A DNA stretch of 64,000 nt, from the NCBI RefSeq assembly GCF_006345805.1, contig NW_021833076.1, positions 1-64,000 on the forward strand. The letters are read 5' to 3'. This stretch comes from Octopus sinensis (lineage: Eukaryota). The translations under genes and the position numbers were made by a program. The first letter of the stretch is position 1; each line of letters starts with the position of its first letter. Positions 10,760 to 21,999 of the stretch are shown here, in pieces. The notes below the pieces were generated by a model that was given only the letters and a program-made list of their open reading frames with translations, was not told the DNA's origin and made no database searches.

Positions 10760-13700
10760 ATCAAACTAAGCAGATCTCACTCCAGCTCGCTGATATCCAC
10801 TCTCCTTCTCTTGAAAGAAGAGTCTACTTCCAGCTGCCTCTTACTCCCCACTACCACATCTGATTCAACCATTGCATCTTTTGTAGCATTCATTGGTCGT
10901 CTTCATATTTGCATGCCATCTCCACATACCGGTTGGAAGCAGAAGCGTATTCTTCACCAGAGATTTTAATTCCGTGCTTGTGTTCGATCATCATACTCTC
11001 GAGCGTTCTTTCAGTACAACGAATTGGATGTATGTCCTCGTTCCTGCTTCAATAGATAGTTTCTTCATATAAATTTTTGAAGCATTTCGAGACAACTCCA
11101 CCCATGTCATAACCACAGGAATTATTTTTACTTGACAGCTATACAGAAGCGAAAGCTCACTTGCCAATAGGTCATACTTGTGACACTTTTCCACCTCCAC
11201 TTGCTTGAGGCGATCCTGTGAGGTAATACCCACTTCAATTAGATTTATTTCGTTTCTGACTTTGTCGTGGACAAAGATATCTGGCCTTGTTGTATTCTAC
11301 TTTTGTTTCGGTGAGGATTGTCGAATCAACCCTGATTTCAACTTTTCCCGTCGACAGTGTTGACTGAACAGAATGTCCCTTCAATCGTCTTGCTTTTTTG
11401 AGTCCATAAATTCGCCACAAGTTAAGGTGAATACACTTCACAACTTCTTGTGTCTCCGGAGATAATCACTGTTGAGCTTTTACCACACTGAGTAGCCATG
11501 TGGTCAACAGTTTTCTTGCTTTTCTTACATGATTGCATAATGAGTCAGCGGATGCAAAGAACAAGTTTCGATTTTGCAAAAGACAATACAATGCTTCGCT
11601 TCGTGGCCCATTATTTCCATTAGATAGCCATTCTGAGGTGCAAGTAAATCAACATTAGGTTCATCCATACATTTGAAAAGCACAGAATTTAGTGCTTTAG
11701 AACTAATTTTCTTTTGTAAATATTGTATCTGACTGGACTTTAGAGACTCCATAGTAATACTCTTCTTATAAATAATGCATATTTGGAGGATAGAAATCCT
11801 GCTATCATAGCCAAATGCCATTTATTCATTTTAATTACACGCAGAATCCCCGCCCTCCGTAAGCATATAGTTGACATATTTTCCAGGCTCGTAAGGAACT
11901 TGAAGAGCATTTGAAAGTACTGATGAAAGCCCTCTCCAAGAGCCTTCCGGTATAAATACAGTCTCTCTTTATTGCAGGTTTGAGATGTAATCTGAGCGAC
12001 GTAAGTAATTGCCGTATTTGTCTGTCAATATCATCAAATTCAGAAGGTTCAATATTGATTAGCCCAATATAATAATTATATAGTGACATATTCATTTATA
12101 GCACGAAACAGATTCACAGAGTTTGAGTTTTGTTTTCGATAGCATAGTTATCCTCTTCTTAACATCTCAAAAGATCGAGTCCATAACTCATTCTTAAGAA
12201 CATTGCTTCCACCATCTTAAGTACAACAAATACCGATATCCATTGATTCCGTCAGTAGTCTTACAACATGATAATGATTCCAAATTAGACGCTGATTTTT
12301 CTGAATTCATCTCCAAACACACAAATTTTAAAAAATCCGTTAACAGCTTCCATCATTTTGAGTAAAGTGTCTTGTTGAGAGGAAATATTTTTAGATCGTC
12401 AATAAATAGCAAATGATTAGTAGAATATGTTAACATATTGGGATCTTCCTGGTTAATTTCAAGTTTTGGAAACACGGAATTAAGGATCCTGCTTAGAGGA
12501 TCCAATACCATAACAAATAGTAAAGGAGACAATGAGTCTCCCTGTAAAATTCCTCGGTTTAACTTCACTGATCCAATTCTTCTACCTTCCATATGCAGCT
12601 TTACTGCCCACTTCTTAACTACGCTCTTCACAAAGTTTACGATCCAAAGCGCGATTCCAGAACAATCCAAAACGTGAAACAAAAAATCATGATCAACTGA
12701 GTCATATGCTTTCTTCACATCGACCCAAGCAGAATAAAGGCCATTCCGTACTCCTTGTTCAAACATTGGTTAATGAGAGCTTGCTCCTTGGCGCCTTGAC
12801 AATACTTCCTCGTTCCAATTGGTTGTCTGAAATTAGGCCAAATGCCTCGACAAAATCAGCCAGTTTTACATTAACACATTTGGTGACAAGTTTATACAAT
12901 GTCGGCATACACGTTATAGGACGTAAGTCCTTTGGGGTCTCACAATCATCTTTTTAGGAATCAAATATGTTATTCCAGTGTAAAACCAACTTTCAGGCAT
13001 GTACTCTCTATTAATTATTCGGGTTATCTCGTGACACAGAAATCCATGTAATGACTCCATTTTCTTAATGAAAAAGTTATATATCCCATCACACCACATG
13101 CCTTCCAGTTAGGAAGATACTTAATAACATTTCCAAAAAACTCTTCCGTAAACTCTGGAAGCATATGTTCAGCACAAGTAGTTTGTTTTCCAACAACGTC
13201 ATAATATTGAGGCCTCTCATTTCTCTCGCTCCAGACTTTTTGCCAAAAAGAGACACATTCTTCATCATCAAATCCATACAGCGTCACTTCCTTTCATTGT
13301 TAAGTCTCGATAGAATCTTTTTCGATTTAATTCAAAGCACTGATTATCCTTACGAAATTGCTTCCTTGAATTATGAACTTCTATTTTCTTATTGTTAATC
13401 TTAATCAGGTCTTGCAATAATATCTGAATCCTTGACAGCTCACCTTTCTTAGTTTTCTTATACCCATAGCGGCAGAGAACATCCATACCTTTTGCTTTTC
13501 AGATGGAGGTAGTGTTTGATTGGAATGAGAATTAACGATTTCCAATTCTGCAGATAATTTTGAAATTTTCTTTTCAATATTTTCTACCCATGTGCTCTGT
13601 CTCTCATGGTTAGAAATAAATATGCACATTGAGCAGCATATAGAATATCAGAAATGCTATTGATATCATTAGGATGATTATCTTTCGTAATATAATATAT

Positions 13701-13950
13701 CGCCGAATTCAATCCTGTCAATATATCGGTTTTCAAAATGTCACAATATATAATAGTCATTTAATAACGTAGTTTGATGTTTCTGCCAGTGTTGTGCTTT
13801 TTTGCAACTCTTGCTTCTCAGATATATAGTTTTAACATTTCTCGAAAGGAAGCAATATTTTTATCAAACCTCTCTATAATTCCAAATACAATTCAAAATG
13901 AGTGTAAATCGAAAAGTATATATTTTTTTAATTTGTGAGATTTAACTCAA
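10760..13950 (-). mobile_element. Degenerate R4/Dong-like non-LTR retrotransposon (RT + CCHC + restriction-like endonuclease); ends approximate
   Basis: RT motifs WVDVKKAYDSV, GILQGDSLSPLLF and NHLLFIDDLK. Zinc knuckle C..C...TVDHMATQC. After one frameshift, PDIFVHD...LIEVGIT...EK..KY. Multiple frameshifts. Confidence 0.88.
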
Positions 13951-14974
13951 ATTATCCAAAATCAAACAAATAACCTTGTAATTAATTGCTCTAACACTTT
14001 ACAAATTAAATTGTGGTATCAAGGTTACTTATAAAAAATATTTAACATTATTTAGAAGTTCCATATGTGAATTACACGTTGAACAAAAATTTAGTCTATA
14101 TTCTTTTGGTTTTAATAGAAAACATGACCCAGAAATTAACTCAAGAGAACATATAACCCTGGTGATTTTAGTAATTTTATACAATAAAGTTCACTAATAA
14201 AACTGGAATTACGTCTGTAAGACCAAATATAATTTACAATGTTGCATCGTTCCAGATAAAGACGTTGTCATCGAAATATACAATACAAATTTTAAACGAA
14301 ACTATTTCATTTAGTAGTCGCTTGAATTCTTTTATATATTTAGATTTTTCGTATATTCTCAAAAAAGTTAGTTTTATTATGCGCAAAATGTTCTCCAATT
14401 TTCTATTGATACAAGATCAAATAACTTCAGTTCTTGCAATTTGTGCATCGAGGATTCATGCAGTGAAACGACCAATAGTATTTATTGATTTTGCAATTTA
14501 GAAATCGGGCAAATATTAACAAATAAAACTGGCAATATAAAGATTGTTGTGAAATTCACTTTACCAGAAGGAAATAAAGAATTTTATCATTTAATTCATG
14601 AAATTAAAACCACACATATTTCTGTAATTTTACATTCTACTCTTGTAATTATTAGTCACCCATTTCTCGAACTAAAATCATTTTGTCAATCGTGATGTCA
14701 CTTCTTGCTGCAGTCATAATATCCCTTATGAGTATAAACATTTTTATTTGACTATATTTAGTATATCGGAATTACAACAATAGATATTACAGTAAATTTC
14801 GTATTCTTAATGATTTGCCTGATAATTTTCCCCGTGGAAGGGATTATTTTAGTCCCATTAATCTAACAATTAGTTGATATTTTAAAAATCATTCGTGTTT
14901 TACATTCTTTTTTTTTCACACTTTGATCTAGTATAACATTAACAGGTAACAATAGGCATTAAATAGATAACAAT

Positions 14975-15140
14975 ACGCAGAGAAGCAGCAGCCAAAAAAG
15001 CGACATGAAAATATTTTAGAAAATTTTTTTTTAATTTTTTGGTAAGAAGGTTTAAAGGACCTCACCATGTAGTCTGAGACATGCTTGTTGTTCATTTTAA
15101 GCAAAATCTAGAAAATATTGTTTTATTTTTTTGGGCGAAG
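14975..15140 (-). mobile_element. Deleted derivative of the Helitron at 32596-35684
   Basis: Reverse complement matches about 1.3 degenerate units of the 95-bp satellite, joined directly to the GTCGCTTTTTGGCTGCTGCT segment found near 35280. Confidence 0.75.
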
Positions 15141-15364
15141 GAGGCGGATCAATAACAAAGAGAAGGAAGCTGGAACAAAAATTCTCATAAGATATTTTTC
15201 CAGTTCAATTGATTTATTAATTTGGATTCGGTATTCTTAATATGTGACATGGGCAGCTGGATACGTATGGGCAACCGGTTACATTTTACCTTGAAAAATT
15301 TTAATTTAACCTTGAACAAATCATCCTATTTTAATCATTAAAGAAAGATTAAAATTAATTATTT

Positions 15365-15440
15365 TTTCAGTCTTTCCATCGGTACTGTCCAGACCCTTGG
15401 GAGCAACGGCGCCTGCTCTGCTGCCACAAACGTCACAGAA
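15365..15440 (-). mobile_element. Short CRE-like fragment
   Basis: Encodes APKGLDSTDGK, matching EPKGLDRGDGK of the CRE copy at 34441. It lies where the integrase gene breaks off. Confidence 0.45.
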
Positions 15441-15444
15441 TCAA

Positions 15445-16010
15445 TCCGATCCGACAAGGTCCATATAAGTAGAAAAGTGATCTTAAGTTGTTGCATACTT
15501 CTTTTGAAGATTTATGAAAAAGTGGTCTAACAAATGCAAATCTGAATAAATTGTTAAAAGACCTACTACTAACCTACAATAAACATCGATGACTGTTAAA
15601 ATCCATTTGTAATTATTATTTAAGACTGAAAACGTTTTTAGATCTACAAAATCTAGCTGAAATTTTTCATTCGGAGAAGAAGCAAAAATATGATGATTTA
15701 TATCACCAACCTACATTAAAAATTAAAAAGAATTAAAACTTTCAATGGACAGGCAAATTTACATACTTCACAATTTCGAATGACTTTTCTGATTATGTCA
15801 TTTTTAACAATGAAGTATCTTTGTCGAAACTCATATTCAATCTTGTTTACTCCTCCGTGTGAATATATTTGAGATACAATCTGCGCATTAATCGTAAATC
15901 TAGAGTACCTTTCATTGATTATTGTAAAATTCTCAATCTTTTTTACAAGTCTATATTTTGCTTGCCTAGAAAAATCTTCCGGAAATTTATTTTTCAAAGC
16001 ATCTTTTAAA
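15445..16010 (-). mobile_element. Truncated Ginger2/KRBA2-SCAND3-type integrase gene with two spliceosomal mini-introns
   Basis: HHCC zinc-binding region SHGGVNK...CEVC. Removing introns 15711-15739 (29 nt) and 15542-15573 (32 nt) gives EKFQLDFVDL...YKWILTVIDVYCR|FAFVRPL..KSSKEV...L..LF..YGP, the rve core. The second catalytic D is missing because of truncation. Confidence 0.82.
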
Positions 16011-16234
16011 ATTCAATACTTTGAAGAATCTTTGACATAGCCTCTACAAGAAGCCATTATAAGAAACAAATCTAGCACGCTAAAAATTTTCCAATAAGTT
16101 TAGGTTTACCAACATTTAAAAAATAACTTTTTAAATTATTTAAGTACATGAACAAAAACCAATTTAAACCAATACAAAATTCAGAAAACATTGTTAAAAC
16201 TACCTCAGAAAATGCATTATCCATTACTGATAAG

Positions 16235-17388
16235 TAGGGCAACCACAAATATGACCTTAAAATGATTCAAATATGACCTTAAAAATATGACTTTTTTGAC
16301 CTTATAATTAGAAAATATGACGTTATGGCCAGATAAATTGAGCAATTTTTGGCCTTTTTCGGAGGCGGAACTAAAAATCGGGACTAAAATTTATAAATAA
16401 TCAGATTTTTAGTAACAAACCTTATTTTTAAATTTCTTGGACTTTTAGTTATCTAAATTAAAATAGTCAAAAATTCAAAATTTTAAATAAAATTTTCCAA
16501 GAGGCTGGGATTTTATCCACAACCACGTACTTCCCAGAAAAACATGGCTAATAAATCATTCACCTTACGTCAGTTCTACTGGAACTTATACATCATTTAG
16601 AATTAAAATTTATTAAAATAACACATTAAATAAGGTTTAATATTTTCATCCTTGAAGTTTCTGCCTTTTGCTAAAAGTTTATTTAGCATCGAGAAACTTC
16701 TTTCAACAGATAATGTGGTTCCCGGACATTTCCATAAATACACGAATAATTCAGGAGGGAAATCTCTCAAATTAGCTTTTTGAATGCTATTCCATTGCAT
16801 TGAATTTGTTCTTTTTTTCAAATATTGTGCAATCTCACATGGATCTTCCCCAAAGTCGATAGAATTAATACATTGAATAGCATCTTTAACAGTATAAAAA
16901 GTATCTTCACATTTCTTTATTCCTTCGCTTAGACAGTTGTAAAATGATATGTTTGCTAGGTTCCGCTCCAGTGAATCAGAATCTATCGCCTTCTTTGCAT
17001 TCAAAACAATTTTTCCATTATTCGATAACGAGAAAACAATCCTTCGGATTTTGTTCAAATGTTTTGAATAATATGTTGCAGCATTAAGCCAGCTGCCCCA
17101 TCTTGTGACAACAACATCTGAAGGTAGACCAAATTCTGAAAAAAGCTTTTGACGACTTTTATTTTTAAGCGTCACAATCTTCATCGATGATATTAAGAAA
17201 TCGATGTCTTGATAGTGAGAACGCACTTTTAGTGCACAATTATGAAGTAAATGGGCGAAACAAGTAAGGTGAATCATATTCGGATAAAATATACGTATGC
17301 TAGTTGCGGCTGACATCATATACGGTGCAGCATCAGTAACAACAGTTGCTGGTTTTATCGAGTCTACAGAGACGTTTGCTAAAGACAC
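16235..17388 (-). mobile_element. hAT transposon (DUF659-type transposase), 5'-truncated
   Basis: 261-codon ORF with VVTDAAPYM, HLTCFAHLLHNCA, VVTRWGSWL and SVERSFS. Terminus TAGGGCAACCAC at 16235 followed by repeated ATATGAC subterminal motifs. Confidence 0.85.
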
Positions 17389-17389
17389 A

Positions 17390-17830
17390 GCTCGTGAAGA
17401 GGACGCGTATAGGCTCTCGTTAGAACATTTTAAGAGTCAAAAGGATACTGCTAGTAATTTAAAAGACAGTGATTGTGGATTAATGTGATGTAGATTAACT
17501 CGATGGAGGCAGAAATAGTTCAAACCTGTAATAACTTTAGTGCAAGTATTCACAATTTGGTCCAGGAGTGTCATGAGTCTGAATGCGATTGTTGTACAAG
17601 GATATCATTACGTATGGATATAGTTCACAACAGAAGATATCTTCTAATCTATATTGTAGAATTGATCTCTCAAGTCGACTTAATTGACCCGACCAGTATA
17701 TTCTGCCTCACTGTCTTGAATGGAGACAGTATTTATAGCTACTGGCTCCTCTGAACAGAAGGTTGGTCATCCTATATGCTGGCCATAGCTCTATACCTGA
17801 TTAGACTACGGGAAATATATTACACTACAG
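17390..17830 (-). mobile_element. Possible degenerate I-group LINE fragment
   Basis: Only a weak match (LDQIVNTCTKVITGL resembles the post-RT region of these elements). It replaces the 5' end of the hAT element. Confidence 0.25.
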
Positions 17831-17951
17831 GGGTGTCTTTAATTATAAAATCTTTGAAGGGAGACTATTTAAATAATATAATTTTATAAATATTAATAAA
17901 ACCAAAAATATTATTTAATTTAAATCAATATTTCTGGCATCTTTGACGATC

Positions 17952-19193
17952 ATGCCAGTTGGACTGTTCTCCATTTTAATTCGTTGTAAATCAATTCCGA
18001 CTCGATTCTTCAAGGATTACGGAGGTGTTGTGTCCTCGACTTCCTCCACCCCCGAAGAGTGGCTGTACCAAAGAGAAATTGACTCCAAAATAAAAAGTGT
18101 TGGTCCCCAAGTTCATTTCCCGCAGGAATTCAGTTCCTGTTCTCAACCACTCTACGACGCCTCAATGTACTACTTCTCCAATGGCGGGAAAAGAATCCGC
18201 CCAAAACTGACCTGCCTTGTGTCCGCAATCCTCAACTCCCACGGCGGCACATCAAAGCACCCATCACCACCCAAACTCGAATCAATCAATGAACATCAAA
18301 GCAGTATTGCCGCCATCGCCGAAATGATCCACGCGGCCTCCCTCACCCACGATGACGTCATCGACTCGAGTCAGATTCGTCGGAATATGCTTTCCCTGCC
18401 TCAGAAAATCGGGAACCTGCCAGTGAGTGTGTAGGGACTGATTGGTGTAGTCAGTCCTGGTGGGGAACTTTATTCTGTCCCGTGCTTCCATGGTCCTGGG
18501 CAGAATAGGGCGGCCGGAGGTGACCTGTCTGCTCGCACAGGTCATTGAGGATCTCGTGAGAGGTTGGTTTGTCTGGTAGACCTTGGAAGGGGAGTTGAGT
18601 CAGATTGGGAAGGAGAGTGACGACTTGGACACACTGATGGAGGACTACATGCAGACAATCTACAAAAAGACAGCCTCTTTGTTCGCTAATAGTTTTAAAG
18701 CTGTATTTGTGACGATGGGAGTGCTTAGGTGGCCATTCTCTCCAATCATCCGGACAGTGACAGGATATCGGAGACTGCCTACCAGTTTGGGAAGAACTAC
18801 GGACTGGCCTTCCAGGTAGGGGGATAAAGTGAGCAGATTATTGACGATATGCTGGATTTCACATCAGTGGAGGGGCAGTTGGGGAAGAAGACGAGTGTGG
18901 ATATCAGGCAAGGACTGGTGACTGCCCCGATTATTATTGCAGCCCGACTGGTGGGGGTGTGTGGTGAGTTGTAGTACTCGGAGATGCACTCTCTCTTGGT
19001 CCGTCGGTTTAGAGGGGAGGGGGATGTGGAGAGGGCTATTCGTATAGTCCGGAGGGGGGATGTCCTTCTTAAAGTAAGGCAATTGGCTGTGGAGTATGCT
19101 GAGTTGGCGGAGGTGGAGGCAGTTAAGATTAGTCCTACTATGTCTCGGCTGATGGTGGCTCATTGTAGGGATGTGGTTGAGAGGAGTAGTTGA
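17952..19193 (+). CDS. PDSS1: Polyprenyl (decaprenyl) diphosphate synthase, catalytic subunit
   Basis: GGKRIRP, EMIHAASLTHDDVID, DLVR|GELSQ, YKKTASLF and GLAFQ|IIDDMLDF. Both aspartate-rich motifs are intact. Mini-introns of 21-28 nt. Confidence 0.92.
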
Positions 19194-19261
19194 ATATTGA
19201 TGTTTTTAATAAATTATGATTTTTAACATTTTAATTTTTATTTAATTTAATAAATAATTAC

Positions 19262-20695
19262 ATGTGTCGTCTTGGTGGGTCTTTTGTGGATAAACTTTTC
19301 AAACTAACTCCGGGATTTTATTTAAGTTTATCCAACATAAAAATATTAAATTCCCCACAACAATTTTACCAGATTTTAAAAGTATTAAAAAATAAATTAT
19401 CAGTCCAATATATCTCAAGCTCAAAATCAAATTCTGTTGGCATCCCTCTACATTGGAGACGGAGAGAAGGAGAGGGAACTCGTAATGTCCCCACATCACT
19501 TTAGATGGACTGTATAAACCACAAAATGGCTAAAAACGTGCATTTAAAGACGAGTATTCTTCTCGACTATTCTCGTTTCTACCGCCCGTCCTCCCAAAAA
19601 ATGACCAACTTTGAAAAATACAAGCAAAGATTTCGCCTGTCCCTTTTTTCTGCCCAGAAAATGCAAATTGTGTCCTTTTTGGGTGAATTGTTGGGAGTGA
19701 TGCACATCAAGTACTACATCACCGACGACACCCTTATCCTCTCCGGGTCCCCTCTCCCCCTCCACGTGCAGGGCCAATTTGAGTGGGGCATATTTCACAG
19801 ACCGACTCGACAGGTATTTTGTGATACAAGACTGTCCCCCACTCGTCCAATTCCTGAAGGATGTCTTTGAAGTGATCGAGGATTATTCACATCAACTACT
19901 CCCACTAGAAAGGACTCCCAAAGACCTGTCCTCGTTGGGTCACAGCTTGGAGTTGGTATTTTCGCGGTATTTCAACGGAAACGTGGATAACCCCCATGAA
20001 GAAGACGGGATTGTTTTATTTCCTTTTATTCAGTTCGGAAAGTGGAATATTCGTCAGGAAGATATGTTTTTTGCTGCCTTTTTTGAATGCCTCCAAAAAA
20101 CGAACGAAATTTATTTTTCGACTGCTTATTTCAACCCCCCGTTATCCCGACTGTCCCAGTTTGTCCAACATTCGTCCCAGTTTACTGCTCTCACGTCCTC
20201 CCCACGTGTATTCCTCCACGTGATTTGTAAGGCCAACTCGTTTTTTGGGGAAGTGGGGACGAAAGGACTGGTTGTCCCATTTTATGAGGAACTGCAACGG
20301 GCGAGTGTGTCTCGACTGCCATATAGACTGTGTCAGTGGAAGGGGCAGGGGACATTCCACGCGAAGGGGATTTGGTGTTTGGAGTGCTCTCAGCGATGTG
20401 GGGACGACTTGGCTGTGACTGTTCTGGGGTCGTCCAACTACGGTGATCTCCTTTGGTTGTTTATTAGAGGAATGAGGTCACAAGAGAGGGATTTGGAACT
20501 GCAGTTTGTTATTGTCACTACCAATCCTGTCTTGAAGAATGAGTTGGAGAAGGTTGCTCTGTGAGTGTATGTTAGGAAATGGAATTTATATTTAATGGTG
20601 CTAGGCAAGTCAGTGTAGCCGATTTGCCATCAGTCGAGTGTTGTCTGCCGTTCTATTTGTCGCCTCTGATACATGTTTTTAAGCCTTTTTTATAA
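19262..20695 (+). CDS. PGS1: Mitochondrial phosphatidylglycerophosphate synthase (PLD superfamily)
   Basis: ILLASLYIG, GVMHIKY, GAYFTDRLDRY, TFHAKGIW, GSSNYG.RSQERDLELQ. Confidence 0.9.
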
Positions 20696-21769
20696 TTTTG
20701 TGTAAAGCAATAGTTTTAGGGTGCGTACATTATGTTTACAAAATAAAGTGTGCAGCTATAAAATAGTATGCCTCAGCGGACAAATATGCATTATGTTTAC
20801 AAACAGTTAAGGAAAACGAAACCTATGGGCCTTTTTGCTGATAAAAATGGTTTATAAACAGGGCCGTCGCCTGTGGGACCTGATGATCCCACAATGGTAT
20901 TAAAGAAGACTTTGTTGGTGATGCCGTTAAACCTCTTCTGCGATCATTGGGAAGGTTAATTGTGTCTCTGAATGGTGTCTTGGATCTCCTAGCCACGAAG
21001 TAAAGACATGGGAGGATATCAAGGGGTAGTTAGAACCTTGTCTTGGAGAAGTTCAATCATGGGTACTCGGCATAGTGCTCCAGTTTATGCCTCCAAAGAG
21101 CATGACTAGACGGAATAATAATGTGGAAGGAGATGCCACTCCGGCAAAGTGCACATAGAAGTGATCACAATCTTTATAAACGTGAATGTGTTCCTCATGC
21201 TGTTATTTCCATGCCATAACGAATAGGATTCAGCAACATGTTCAAATCAAGTTCGCGGTTTCTTAGTATTTGTGCTAGTAATGTGGCCAAATGTGTTTTC
21301 TTTCCATCGAAAGCCCGAAAAACACAATCTTCCTTAGGTAGTAACAATACTTCTTCTCTAAATCACGGAAGAATTGAAAAGTATCCGTTCACTTTTATAG
21401 GCAGTGAAAACAAGTCTTCTTCAGAATTGGCTTCTGTAGAGGTAAAGCTTTTATAAGAGGATATGGTAAAATTGTGCAAAATGTAATAATGTCACAGAAT
21501 TGTCAGAAGAAAAGGCAGAATCAAAGTGAGGTTCGGTAGAAAATTTATTTCTTTTAAAAGGATAGAAAAACTTGCCTAGAATAATTTGCACGTAAATTTT
21601 TATATTAATTTATTCGACTTACGAAATTTTTTTGAGCTCTAAAATGAATAAATTTAGCCGGGTAGTTTTAAACAAAAGTTAAGAATGTCAAAATATATTT
21701 TTTAATTCTTATCTATTTAATAATTTTTACATCTTTATATCTGCTTGGTTGTCCAAAGAAAAAAATGGC

Positions 21770-21970
21770 CAACGCTGGGAAGGAATGTGCTGTTTTTTGC
21801 ATACACGGAATGCGTCCATTGCTAAAGACTATCCATCTACGCGGTGTGGTAGGATGCTAAACAGTGATTATCCCCGAAGACATAATTAAGTGTATTCATC
21901 TTCACTTGTGTCGAATGTATGGAAATAAACAAAGCAGGAAATTGAAAGGACATTCGGTTGTGTCAATTAT
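21770..21970 (+). mobile_element. Second R4-like fragment (zinc-knuckle region)
   Basis: TRCGRMLNSDYPRRH...IKCIHLHLCRMYG.KQSRKLKGHSV parallels TQCGKKLNSDYLRRH...KCIHLNLWRIYGLKKARRLKGHSV at ~11400-11500. Confidence 0.7.
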
Positions 21971-21999
21971 TATTATCACTTTCATGAGAGCCATAATGT

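Noticed and set aside
14260-14950. Possible PIF1/Helitron helicase remnant
   Set aside because: Only vague resemblance with many stops, not enough to call.
20760-21500. Unassigned GC-richer insertion
   Set aside because: The frames I translated are interrupted by stops and show no recognisable motif or termini.
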